From the NCBI GenBank assembly GCA_965199855.1, contig OZ241326.1, forward strand, positions 2,211,908-2,275,907: 64,000 nt of DNA, in the 5' to 3' direction. Below the pieces are notes generated by a model. The model worked only from the letters and a program-made list of their open reading frames with translations. It ran no database searches and was not told where the DNA came from. This DNA comes from a bacterium. Its GTDB lineage: Bacteria; UBA8248. Position 1 is the stretch's first letter, and each line of letters begins with the position of its first letter. Of the stretch, positions 13,953 through 26,371 are shown in pieces. A program made the translations under genes and the position numbers.

Positions 13953-14603
13953 ATGAAGATTTTCATCGATACGGCGAGTCTGGAGGAAATCGAGGAGGCG
14001 GCCTCCACCGGCATCCTGGACGGCGTGACGACGAACCCCTCGCTCATCGCGAAGGAAGGCGCCGACCACCACGCGAGAATCAGGGAAATCTGCGGGCTGG
14101 TGGACGGGCCGGTGAGCGCGGAGGTGATCGCCGTGAAGTGGGAGGAGATGGTCGAGGAGGGGCGGGCGCTGGCCGCCATCCACGAGAACGTGGTGGTGAA
14201 GGTTCCGGTGGGCGTGGAGGGGCTGCGCGCCGTCAAGGCGCTGCGCGAGGAGAGCGTCGACACGAACGTCACCCTCATCTTCAGCCCCGCCCAGGCCATG
14301 CTGGCGGCGAAGGCGGGCGCCTCGTTCGTGAGTCCCTTCGTGGGGCGGCTGGACGACGTCTCAAACCCCGGCATGGAGATGGTGAGCGACATCGCCCGGA
14401 TTTTTCACAACTACGACTACGCCGCCCAGGTTCTGGTGGCGAGCGTGCGCTCGCCGATTCACCTGCTCGAGGCGGCGAAGATGGGGGCGGACGCGGCGAC
14501 GGTTCCCTTTCAGGTCATCGCCCAGCTGCTCAAGCATCCGCTGACGGATATCGGGCTGGAGAAATTCCTGGCGGACTGGCGCCGCGCCGGCGAGATGCGC
14601 TGA
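13953..14603 (+). CDS. tal: Transaldolase (short Tal / fructose-6-phosphate aldolase family).
   Basis: 216 aa. [13 protein letters not shown]…TTNPSL…VKVP, with the catalytic Lys context typical of small transaldolases. Confidence 0.9.
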   Translation: MKIFIDTASLEEIEEAASTGILDGVTTNPSLIAKEGADHHARIREICGLVDGPVSAEVIAVKWEEMVEEGRALAAIHENVVVKVPVGVEGLRAVKALREESVDTNVTLIFSPAQAMLAAKAGASFVSPFVGRLDDVSNPGMEMVSDIARIFHNYDYAAQVLVASVRSPIHLLEAAKMGADAATVPFQVIAQLLKHPLTDIGLEKFLADWRRAGEMR

Positions 14604-14622
14604 CTTTCAGGGAGGTTCAGGG

Positions 14623-14853
14623 ATGATGCCGATGTATGAATTTCTGTGCGGAAGCTGCGAGAAGGATTTTGAGAAAATCGTGGCGTCCGTCGAGGCCGCC
14701 GACCGCGTGGAGTGTCCCGAATGCGGCTCGCGCGAGGCGCGCCGGAAACTCTCCCTGTTCGCCAAATCCGCATCGGGCGCCGCGGCCCAGGCCTCGGCCT
14801 TCAGCGGCTACTCCGCCGGCGGCGGCTGCGGCGGGGCGTGCTCGTGCCACTAG
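14623..14853 (+). CDS. FmdB-family zinc-ribbon protein (putative regulatory).
   Basis: 76 aa. CGSC…CPECG double CxxC zinc ribbon at the N-terminus, with a Gly/Ala/Cys-rich tail. Confidence 0.65.
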   Translation: MMPMYEFLCGSCEKDFEKIVASVEAADRVECPECGSREARRKLSLFAKSASGAAAQASAFSGYSAGGGCGGACSCH

Positions 14854-14937
14854 CCCCGCGGGGGCGCTGAATCCGCGCTTCCGCCGGGCCGATTCGCGCG
14901 CGATCCTTCGGGAATCTTTCAGCAGGGAGGAGAGACC

Positions 14938-16188
14938 ATGCCGCAAGAGGAGCAGGTCAGCGTCTTCGAGACCGCGAGCGCGCAGTTCGACGAGGCGGCG
15001 GCGCACGTCGATCTGGACGATGAGGTTCGCCACCTCCTCAAGACGCCCTTCCGCGAGGTGAAGGTAGAAATCCCCATCCGCAGGGACGACGGCTCTCTCG
15101 GCGTCTGGGAGGGATACCGCATCCAGTTCAACGGCGCGCGGGGGCCGTTCAAGGGCGGAATCCGCTACCACCACGAGGTGGACCCGGACGAGGTGCGCGG
15201 CCTCTCCGCGCTCATGGCGTGGAAGACGGCGCTCGTCAACATTCCGTTCGGGGGCGGCAAGGGCGGCATCTGCGTCAACGTGGGGGAGCTCAGCCGCTTC
15301 GAGCTGGAGCGGCTCACGAGAAAATACACCGCGCGCATCGGGCGCGTCCTGGGGCCCTACCGCGACATTCCCGCCCCCGACGTGAACACGAACGCGCAGG
15401 TGATGGCGTGGATTTTCGATGAATACAGCAGCCGCCACGGCTACGCGCCGGCCTGCGTCACGGGAAAGCCCGTGTCCATGGGCGGCTCCCCGGGGCGCGA
15501 GGCCGCCACCGGGCGGGGCGCCGTGATGGCGTTCGGGGAGGTCGCCAAAAAGGAGGGCTGGGAGCCCGCCACCATGACGGCGGCGATTCAGGGCTTCGGG
15601 AACGTGGGCGCCTTCGCCGCCAGGTTCATCGGCGATCTGGGGGTGAAGGTGGTGGCGATATCGGGCAGCCGGGGCGCCTGCTTCAACGGGGACGGCGTCG
15701 ACGTCGAGGCGGCCGCCGCCCACCGCAGGGAGCACGGGACGCTGGAGGGCCTCGCGGGAGCGGAGGAGATCACCAACGAGGAGCTTCTCGCCCTCGACGT
15801 GGACGTCCTGGTTCCGGCGGCTCTCGGCGGCGCGATTCACGCGGGCAACGCGGCGGACGTGAAGGCGCGCGTCATCGTGGAAGGGGCGAACGCTCCCGTA
15901 ACCGACCGGGGCGAGAAGACGCTGGCCGAGAGCGGCCGCGTCGTGGTGATACCCGACGTGCTGGCGAGCGCGGGCGGCGTCACGGTCTCCTACTTTGAAT
16001 GGGCGCAGAACATCCAGCAGTTCGCCTGGGACGAGGAGCGGGTGAACGCCGAGCTGGGCAGAATCATGGCGCGCGCCACGGCCGAGGTGCATGAGCTGGC
16101 GAAGGAGAAAGGCGTCTCGCTGCGCGCGGCGGCCTTCATCATCGCGATTGAAAGGGTGGCGGAGGCGGAGCGCCTTCGCGGCGTATAG
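14938..16188 (+). CDS. Glutamate dehydrogenase (Glu/Leu/Phe/Val dehydrogenase family).
   Basis: 416 aa. KGGIRYH, NIPFGGGKGG (active-site Lys box), and a GFGNVG Rossmann motif. Confidence 0.9.
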   Translation: MPQEEQVSVFETASAQFDEAAAHVDLDDEVRHLLKTPFREVKVEIPIRRDDGSLGVWEGYRIQFNGARGPFKGGIRYHHEVDPDEVRGLSALMAWKTALVNIPFGGGKGGICVNVGELSRFELERLTRKYTARIGRVLGPYRDIPAPDVNTNAQVMAWIFDEYSSRHGYAPACVTGKPVSMGGSPGREAATGRGAVMAFGEVAKKEGWEPATMTAAIQGFGNVGAFAARFIGDLGVKVVAISGSRGACFNGDGVDVEAAAAHRREHGTLEGLAGAEEITNEELLALDVDVLVPAALGGAIHAGNAADVKARVIVEGANAPVTDRGEKTLAESGRVVVIPDVLASAGGVTVSYFEWAQNIQQFAWDEERVNAELGRIMARATAEVHELAKEKGVSLRAAAFIIAIERVAEAERLRGV

Positions 16189-16214
16189 CGTCCGCCGCCC
16201 CGCTGGAGCTTTCG

Positions 16215-17129
16215 TTGGCTGGTCTCGTCATAGACGCCCGGGGCATCGAAAAATCCTTCGGAACCCTCCGGGCCGTCGCCGGCGTCTCGCTCCAGGTGGA
16301 GCCCGGAGAGTGCTTCGGCATTCTGGGCCCCAACGGCGCGGGCAAAACCACGACAATCAAGATGCTGCACGGCGCCGTTCAGCCCGACGCGGGCGTCCTG
16401 CGGGTGCTCGGCCTCGACGTGGCGACCCAGAGCCGGCTCGTTCGGGAGGGGATGGGCGTCGTATCGCAGGAGGACACGCTGGACCGCGATTTGACGGTAT
16501 ATGAGAACCTCTGGGTCTATGCGGGATTTTTCGGCATCTCGAGGAAGGCGTCGCTCTCCCGCATCGAGCATCTGCTCGACTTCCTGCAGCTTCGGGAAAA
16601 GTGGGACTCGAAGATCAAGACCCTCTCGGGCGGAATGAAGCGCCGCCTCCACATCGCGCGCGCCCTGATCCATGAGCCGAAGTTCCTGATTCTGGACGAA
16701 CCCACCACGGGCCTCGATCCGCAGGCGAGGCATCTCGTCTGGCGCAGGCTCCGGGAGCTCGGCGACCGGGGGCTGACCATTCTTCTCACCACCCATTACA
16801 TGGAAGAGGCGGCGCGGATGTGCGATCGCATCGGCATCATGGACGGGGGGAGATTTCTTCTCGAAGGCGCGCCGCAGGCGCTGGTGCGCGAACATGTGGG
16901 CGATGAGGCGTATGAACTCAAGGGCGGCGCGCCGCGGGAACTGCTCGACTCCCTGAAAAGCCTCCACGTCGGCGCCGAGGTCGCCGCGGACAGGCTGTAT
17001 CTCTACAGCCGCAACGGAGCGGGGCTGATGGAGCGCCTGATCGCCTCGGGGCGGAAGGATTTTCTGAGAAGGCCCGCGACCCTGGAGGATTTGTTCCTGC
17101 GGCTCACGGGCAGGGAATTGAGGGATTGA
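16215..17129 (+). CDS. ABC transporter ATP-binding protein (ABC-2 / NodI-DrrA type).
   Basis: Walker A GILGPNGAGKTT, signature LSGGMKRRL, Walker B LILDEPTTGLD. Confidence 0.85.
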   Translation: MAGLVIDARGIEKSFGTLRAVAGVSLQVEPGECFGILGPNGAGKTTTIKMLHGAVQPDAGVLRVLGLDVATQSRLVREGMGVVSQEDTLDRDLTVYENLWVYAGFFGISRKASLSRIEHLLDFLQLREKWDSKIKTLSGGMKRRLHIARALIHEPKFLILDEPTTGLDPQARHLVWRRLRELGDRGLTILLTTHYMEEAARMCDRIGIMDGGRFLLEGAPQALVREHVGDEAYELKGGAPRELLDSLKSLHVGAEVAADRLYLYSRNGAGLMERLIASGRKDFLRRPATLEDLFLRLTGRELRD

Positions 17130-17902
17130 CGCTCCTCCCCCAGGCTCCGAGCCGCCGCGCCCTCCGCGTCTGGGTTCGCCATCTGGTCTATTACCGCTCC
17201 TTCTATCTGGCGGAATGGGCGGGCAATCTGGGGGAGCACGTTCTGTGGCTCGTGGCGTTCGGCTACGGGCTGGGCAGGCTGGTGCCGAGCCTGGACGGCG
17301 TCTCATACGCGCAGTTCATCGGCCCCGGGCTGATGGTTTCCGTCGCGATGTGGAACGCGACGTATGAATCCACCTACGGCGCCTATTCGAGAATGCGGAT
17401 TCAGAACATCTACGAGTCCATGCTGATGGCCCCGCTCACGGTGGGCGACATCGTGCTGGGCGATCTTCTCTGGTGCGCGAGCCGCGCGCTGATCGGCTCG
17501 ACGCTGATGCTGCTCGTCCTGAGCCTGTTCGGGCTGGTCGGCTCGTGGTGGGCGGCGGCGATCCTTCCGGTTCTGTTCGTCGAGGCGGTGATGTTCGCGG
17601 CCCTGGGGCTGATCGCGACCTCGCTGGCGCCCAGCTTCTCGTTCTTCAACTTTTACTTCTCCGCCGTCGTCATGCCCATGTTTTTCTTCGCGGGCGCCCT
17701 GTTTCCCATCAAGGGCCTGCCGGCGTGGGTGGAGCGCATATCCGACGCCCTCCCGCTGACCCACGCCGTGAGAATCTCGCGCGGCCTGTTCCTTTACGGG
17801 CGGGTCGAGCATTTTCTCTGGCACTTTTCCTTCCTGCTCGGCTTCACGCTCCTGTTTCTCGCGGTCGCCTGCTTTCTGGTGGGCAGGCGCATGGCGGAAT
17901 GA
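17126..17902 (+). CDS. ABC-2 family transporter permease.
   Basis: 258 aa, six predicted TM helices, ABC-2 (NodJ-like) architecture. Start overlaps the ATPase stop. Confidence 0.75.
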   Translation: MTLLPQAPSRRALRVWVRHLVYYRSFYLAEWAGNLGEHVLWLVAFGYGLGRLVPSLDGVSYAQFIGPGLMVSVAMWNATYESTYGAYSRMRIQNIYESMLMAPLTVGDIVLGDLLWCASRALIGSTLMLLVLSLFGLVGSWWAAAILPVLFVEAVMFAALGLIATSLAPSFSFFNFYFSAVVMPMFFFAGALFPIKGLPAWVERISDALPLTHAVRISRGLFLYGRVEHFLWHFSFLLGFTLLFLAVACFLVGRRMAE

Positions 17903-18870
17903 GCGTGGGCGCCGCGGCGAAAATCCTGCATCCGCCGGAGCCGTTCCTGTTCCATGAGAGTCTGCTGCGCTTTCGCGCGTCGAGCGGGGAGCTCGTCAAT
18001 TCCTACGCGGACGGGGCGTATCGCAGGGTGGTGGAGACCGCCGCCGGCGCGCTGGTTCTCCTGGAGGCCAGGAGCGGGGAGGAGGGGCGAGGCGGCCCGA
18101 TTCGGCTTCAGATGACCGCCGAGGGACGGATGAGCGAATCGCTCCAAGGCGCGGGGCTGGACGCCATCAGGCACATTCTGGCTTTTGATCTCGATTTGAA
18201 GCCGTTTTACGGGATGGCGGGGCGCGACGCCGACCTGGCGCCGATTGCGAGGAAATTCAGGGGTCTCAGGCCGGTGCGCTACCCGAGCGCGTTCGAGGCG
18301 CTCGTTACGGCGATTACGGCGCAGCAGGTGAACCTGACCTTCGCCGGGACGATACGCGGGCGCATGGTGAAGCGATGGGGCGGAAAGCTGCGCGTCGGCG
18401 GACGGACGCGCTACGCCTTTCCGCGCCCGGAGCGCCTGGCGCGGGCGCGCGTCTCCACCCTGCGCGCCATGCAGTTCTCGGAGCGAAAGTCGGAATACGT
18501 GATTGGCGTGGCGCGCGCCGCCCTGGAAGGACGGCTGGACGAGGGCGAGCTGCGCGCTCTGCCCGTTGAGGAGGCGGTGGCCCGGCTCGCCGGAATACGG
18601 GGCGTGGGCCGCTGGACGGCGGAGCAGACGCTGTTTCGGGCGCTTGGCCGCGTGGAGGTTTTCCCCGGGGGCGACCTGGGGGTGCGGAAGGTCGTGGCGC
18701 GCTATTGCTTCGGAGAGGAGCGCGTGGACGAGGAGCGCGCGCGCGGGCGGGCGGACGCATGGCATCCCTGGGCTTCGCTGGCGACGACCTATCTGTTCGC
18801 CGCGTGGCGCGCGGGCGTTGCGCCCGCGGGCGAAGCGAAACGGCGCATCGGGAATCGGGCGCGCGGATGA
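17899..18870 (+). CDS. DNA-3-methyladenine glycosylase II-like (AlkA / HhH-GPD base-excision glycosylase).
   Basis: 323 aa from MSVGAAAKIL… HhH-GPD region (…LAGIRGVGRWTAEQTLFRALGR… with catalytic Asp context …FPGGDLG…). The ATG overlaps the permease stop (ATGA). The ORF track lists a longer out-of-frame-overlapping 17473 start that is unlikely. Confidence 0.7.
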   Translation: MSVGAAAKILHPPEPFLFHESLLRFRASSGELVNSYADGAYRRVVETAAGALVLLEARSGEEGRGGPIRLQMTAEGRMSESLQGAGLDAIRHILAFDLDLKPFYGMAGRDADLAPIARKFRGLRPVRYPSAFEALVTAITAQQVNLTFAGTIRGRMVKRWGGKLRVGGRTRYAFPRPERLARARVSTLRAMQFSERKSEYVIGVARAALEGRLDEGELRALPVEEAVARLAGIRGVGRWTAEQTLFRALGRVEVFPGGDLGVRKVVARYCFGEERVDEERARGRADAWHPWASLATTYLFAAWRAGVAPAGEAKRRIGNRARG

Positions 18871-20015
18871 GCGGCTTTCGGGCCTCCATCGAACGGCGGG
18901 AAGAAGAGCTGCTGGCGCCCTGCGCGGCGCGCAGCGCCGAGAGTCTCGGGCGAAGGCACCCGGAAGCCGAGCACGGGATGCGGACGGCGTTTCAGCGCGA
19001 TCGCGACCGGATCATCCACACGCAGGCCTTCCGGAGGCTTGAATACAAGACCCAGGTCTTCGTGAACCACGAAGGGGACCATTACCGGACGCGCCTGACG
19101 CACACCATAGAGGTGAGCCAGATCGCGCGCTCCATCGCCCGCGCGCTCTCCCTGAACGAAGACCTCGCCGAAGCGGTCGCGCTCGCGCACGATTTGGGCC
19201 ACCCCCCCTTCGGCCACGCCGGGGAGAAGGTTCTGGACGCCCTCATGGAGGAGCGCGGCGGGTTCGAGCACAACCTGCAGGCGCTGCGGATCGTCGAGGC
19301 GCTGGAGAGGCGCTACCCCGCCTTTCCGGGCCTGAACCTGACGTGGGAGACGCGCGAGGGAATCATCAAGTATCTGGATCGCTATGACGGCCCGATGCCC
19401 CGGGGGCTGACGAACGCGATCGCCCCCGGCCTGGAGGCCCAGGTGGTCGACGCGGCGGACGAGATCGCCTACAACAACCACGACCTGGACGACGGCCTCT
19501 CCTCCCGGCTGTTCGGCCTTGAAGACTTGCGGGACGCCCGCCTTTGGCGCGAACACCACGAAAACTCGAAGAAAGCCTTTCCCGAAGCTCCCCGGCGGGA
19601 GCGCAAGCACGACGTCATCCGCCGCATCATCAACGCGCAGGTTCAGGACATCATCGCGTCCGCGCGCGAGCGCGTTCGGCGCCGGGGGCTGCGCCGCATC
19701 TCGGACGTGCGGGAAGGCGGGCATGACGCGGTTGTCTTCAGCGAGGAGATGCGCGGGAAGAACGCCGAGCTCAAGCGCTTCCTGATGGAGCGGATGTACC
19801 GGAACGAGCGGGTGCTGAGACTGGAGGAAAGCGCCCGGGAAACGCTGAGCGGGCTGTTTCGCCTCTACGTCGCCGAGCCTCGCAGGATACCGGAGCACGC
19901 CCGCAGGCGCGAGGAAACGGACGGCCGGCATCGAATGGTCTGCGACTACGTCGCCGGCATGACGGACCGCTACGCCCTCCAGCAGCACGAGCGGTGGCTG
20001 GGCGCCGGCGCGTAG
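18867..20015 (+). CDS. dgt: dGTP triphosphohydrolase-like protein (HD domain).
   Basis: 382 aa from MSGFRASIERR… Contains RTRLTHTIEVSQIARSIA and HDLGHPPFGH (HD motif) in a Dgt-like fold. The ATG overlaps the alkA-like stop (ATGA). The 3' end runs ~10 nt into IR copy B. Confidence 0.85.
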   Translation: MSGFRASIERREEELLAPCAARSAESLGRRHPEAEHGMRTAFQRDRDRIIHTQAFRRLEYKTQVFVNHEGDHYRTRLTHTIEVSQIARSIARALSLNEDLAEAVALAHDLGHPPFGHAGEKVLDALMEERGGFEHNLQALRIVEALERRYPAFPGLNLTWETREGIIKYLDRYDGPMPRGLTNAIAPGLEAQVVDAADEIAYNNHDLDDGLSSRLFGLEDLRDARLWREHHENSKKAFPEAPRRERKHDVIRRIINAQVQDIIASARERVRRRGLRRISDVREGGHDAVVFSEEMRGKNAELKRFLMERMYRNERVLRLEESARETLSGLFRLYVAEPRRIPEHARRREETDGRHRMVCDYVAGMTDRYALQQHERWLGAGA

Positions 20016-20726
20016 GCGGCGGGCATGGCCAGCAAAGCGGAGCCGGGCGGGGCGAACCGCGCCTTTTCGAGGCTTGCGGAGCGGCGGCCGCGCCGAAAAC
20101 CGGACGCTTCCTCCGAAAATTCCGCGTCCGAATTGTTCCACGTGGAACAATCGCGCGCGCCTGCCCGCATTTGCGCGCATCTGCGCTTCCGCGGGGGCGG
20201 CCGGGTCGGGTTATATTTCCGGCGTGGGGGAATTGCGCCTCCGGAGGGAAGGAAGACGGAAGAATCGGGGACCGGGCGGGATGGTCAAAGGGGTCTCTAA
20301 AAAGGTGGAAAACAGCTCTCTATTTGCGGGATAAGGCCGTGAATTTGTCTGATTTTGCAGAAATTCGTAGACATTCACGCGCGGCTTTTCGGCGAGCGGG
20401 CGGTTCTTCTCCAAACGCCCGGGGAAACGCCTCCGCCCGGCGAATTTTCCCGCGCGGGCGGCTCCCGAATTGTCGGGCGACCCAGGGGGGCGTCCCTATG
20501 GGTGAGGGCGGCTACGGTTCCCGTAGGGGCGGTTCGTGAACCGCCCGCGCGTGGCCACCGATCGAAACGGGACGCATGAATGCGTCCCCTACGGTCGAGG
20601 CAACCGGTTTTCCGGGGGCGGGCGGCGATCCCGCCTTCGTAGGGGGCGCATTCATGCGCCCCGCCCGTCCTTCGGCATGGGGCCGCGGGTTTCATCATTT
20701 CGCAGGAACAACCCCCTGTGGTTGTC
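20006..20726. repeat. Inverted repeat copy B (~721 bp), reverse complement of 13114..13835.
   Basis: Mirrored ORF set identical in amino-acid sequence to copy A. Boundaries were located by manual alignment: inner ends at ccggcgcgtagg, outer ends at the GACAACC…GGTTGTC hairpin. Confidence 0.85.
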
Positions 20727-20760
20727 CTTCGCCGCGTTCGCCAGTCCGGGCGTTTCCCCC

Positions 20761-21042
20761 TTACCCGAACCGCCCGGCATTCAGCCGCCAATAGACCTCC
20801 GTCCCCTTGAGCGCGGCGTTCTCTTTGGCGTGATGCCACGGCGTCTTGCCCTCTTTATCCTCCGCCGCGGGATCGGCTCCGGCGGCGAGCAACGCTTCCG
20901 CGACCGCGGGGGTTTTGCTGAACTTCGCCGCCGCCACATGCAGGGGCGTCCGTCCATCCTTGATCCGCGCGTTCGGGTTCGCCCCGGCGGCGAGCAAGCC
21001 TCCTCCGCCGCCCGCTCCCCCGCCGAAGAAGAAGTAAGGCAT
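20761..21042 (-). CDS. Small ankyrin-repeat protein.
   Basis: 93 aa. DGRTPLHVAA…AEALLAAGADPAAEDKEGKTPWHHA matches two ANK repeat consensus units, followed by a Gly-rich tail. Confidence 0.65.
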   Translation of the reverse strand: MPYFFFGGGAGGGGGLLAAGANPNARIKDGRTPLHVAAAKFSKTPAVAEALLAAGADPAAEDKEGKTPWHHAKENAALKGTEVYWRLNAGRFG

Positions 21043-21084
21043 CCGGTTCGGGAGGCTGAAGGGAGGAAGAACGCCCCCGCCCCC

Positions 21085-21345
21085 CTACTCCTCCGGCGGG
21101 CCGCCCCTTCGGGCGAACTTCTCCGCGCAGGCGCCGCTGCAGAAGGCGCGCCTGCCGCCGCCCGCCCGTCTGGAGACGCCCATGCGGGAGGGGAAGAAGG
21201 TCGCGCATTCGGGGCAGTTCAGCATTTCGTCGTCCACGTCCTCCCCCGCTTCGGGGGCGACCGCGCTCCCCGCGCCGGCGAACAGGCCGCGGACGAGGCG
21301 GTAAATCCCCCAGGCCACCGCCATATAGAGCAGAAGTCGAAGCAT
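21085..21345 (-). CDS. Small membrane-anchored zinc-ribbon protein (hypothetical).
   Basis: 86 aa. N-terminal TM helix, then CPECATFF…FCSGAC (a four-Cys ribbon). Confidence 0.45.
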   Translation of the reverse strand: MLRLLLYMAVAWGIYRLVRGLFAGAGSAVAPEAGEDVDDEMLNCPECATFFPSRMGVSRRAGGGRRAFCSGACAEKFARRGGPPEE

Positions 21346-21475
21346 GGGCCTCAGCCTCGCCGCTTCTTCCGGGAACGGGGAGATTTCATCGCGCGTCCCG
21401 GCGTCCTCGGGCGGGCGGGGCCGCTCCGCGCGCGCTCCCTGAAAGGCGTTCGCCCCGGAAACTCCGGAAACCCTC

Positions 21476-21921
21476 TCATCGATACGTCTTTCCGCGATGG
21501 CGTATCCAGCCGCCCGCGCGCCCGCCCCTCGGGTCCCGGTGCGTCCAGTGGAGAACCCCGCCCTTGCGGTTCCACTCGTAGAGACCGCGCATCACCACCT
21601 CGCTGCCCGCTTCCACCGGAACGCGGGGCGCCAGGTCGATGTTGTGCGCGGCGAGCAGGGTATGTCCGTCGGCAAGGCGCACGATGAAGCGCTGGTGCCG
21701 CCTCCCCCGGAGGTCGTCCTTCAAGATTCTGACGACCTCCCCGCGCGCGGTGAGCCAGACGCGCGAGCGGCGCGCCTCGAAGAGCGCGCGGGCGCGGGAG
21801 ACTTCGCGCGCGGCGGGCGCGGCGGGAGGCTCGGCCGCCCGGGCGGGGTGAAGCGCGGCCGCCGACGCGAGAGCGAAGAGCAGGAGGCGCGCGGCGAGGC
21901 GGCCGGGGCTCGGAGGCGCCC

Positions 21922-21925
<4 letters not shown>
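21476..21925 (-). CDS. DUF3465-family secreted protein.
   Basis: 149 aa. Signal peptide, then …[38 protein letters not shown]…[19 protein letters not shown]…[11 protein letters not shown], which matches DUF3465 conserved blocks from memory. Confidence 0.55.
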
Positions 21926-25173
<3,248 letters not shown>

Positions 25174-25279
25174 GGGCTACCTCCCCCCGGCCGGAGAGGA
25201 CGCGGAAGCCTCCCCGCCCGGAAGAGGCCTTCCCCGCCCCGGCTTCGTCGAACCCGCGCGCGTCCGCCCGCCCACGGGC

Positions 25280-26371
25280 TCACTCCCCCACGCAGAAGCT
25301 GAAGAATTCGTCGAACAGCGCGCCCGCGTCATGCGGGCCGGGGCGGGCCTCGGGGTGATACTGCACGCTGAAGACTTTGGGGGCGTCCGAGCGAAGCCCC
25401 TCGCAGGTTCCGTCGTTCAGGGAGGAATGCGTGACGGCGACGCCCGCCGGCAGGCTTTCGGGGTCCACGGCGAAGGAGTGGTTCTGGGAGGTGATGGCCA
25501 CCTTCCGCGTGGCCGCGTCCCGGACGGGGTGGTTCGCCCCGTGGTGGCCGAACTTGAGCTTGTAGGTTCTGCCGCCCAGCGCCCGGGCGAGGATTTGATG
25601 CCCCAGGCAGATGCCCACGACGGGAACCCGGCCGATGATGCGCCGCGCGCTCTCGACGACGTAGCCGAGGGCGGCGGGGTCTCCCGGGCCGTTCGAGAGG
25701 AAAACGGCCGCGGGCCTCCTCGCCAGGACGCTGTCCGCCTCCTCGGAGGCCGGCACGACCTCCAGGTCGAACCTTCGGCTGAGCTCCCGGAAGATGTTGT
25801 CCTTCGCGCCCAGGTCGTAGGCCACGCAGAGCGGGCGGCCCCTTCTCTCGCCGTAGGCGCGCGCGGCGGCGCAGGTCACGTCCTTCACCAGGTCGCGCCC
25901 GTCCAGCCCGGGGCTCTCCCTGGCGCGCCTGACGAGGCCGTCCTCGTCCGGCTCCCGCGTGGAGAGCGCGGCGCGCAGGGCGCCCGCCTCCCGGATGTGG
26001 CGCGTGAGCGCGCGGGTGTCCACGCCCTCGATGCCGGGGACGCCCTCCCTCTTCAGGTAGGCGTCCAGGCTCTCGCTCGCCCGGAAGTTGCTGTGCCGCC
26101 GGCAGACCTCCTTCACGATGAACGCCTCGACCCAGACGCGGCGGGATTCCCCGTCGCCCGGAATGACGCCGTAGTTCCCGACGTGGGGATAGGTCATCAC
26201 CACCATCTGGCCGCGGTAGGAGGGATCGGTGAGCGTCTCCTGATAGCCCGTCATCGCCGTGTTGAAGACGAGCTCGCCCTCGGCGTCCGCCTCCGCCCCG
26301 AAGCCCGCGCCCCGGAAGACCCTGCCGTCCTCCAGCGCCAGGAGCGCCGGCCTGGCTTTTCGCCCCCTCAT
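25280..26371 (-). CDS. carA: Carbamoyl-phosphate synthase small subunit (glutamine amidotransferase).
   Basis: 363 aa from MRGRKARPALLALEDG… Contains CPSase_sm_chain plus a class I GATase with GICLGHQ catalytic Cys and HPE. The start overlaps pyrC's 3' end by 4 nt. Confidence 0.9.
   Translation of the reverse strand: MRGRKARPALLALEDGRVFRGAGFGAEADAEGELVFNTAMTGYQETLTDPSYRGQMVVMTYPHVGNYGVIPGDGESRRVWVEAFIVKEVCRRHSNFRASESLDAYLKREGVPGIEGVDTRALTRHIREAGALRAALSTREPDEDGLVRRARESPGLDGRDLVKDVTCAAARAYGERRGRPLCVAYDLGAKDNIFRELSRRFDLEVVPASEEADSVLARRPAAVFLSNGPGDPAALGYVVESARRIIGRVPVVGICLGHQILARALGGRTYKLKFGHHGANHPVRDAATRKVAITSQNHSFAVDPESLPAGVAVTHSSLNDGTCEGLRSDAPKVFSVQYHPEARPGPHDAGALFDEFFSFCVGE

Noticed and set aside
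13301-14392. 363-aa minus-strand ORF and other ORFs inside the inverted repeats (13056..13629, 19970..20839).
   Set aside because: They exist as mirror-image pairs only because of the inverted repeat. They are low complexity and overlap tal on the opposite strand. I judge them non-coding.
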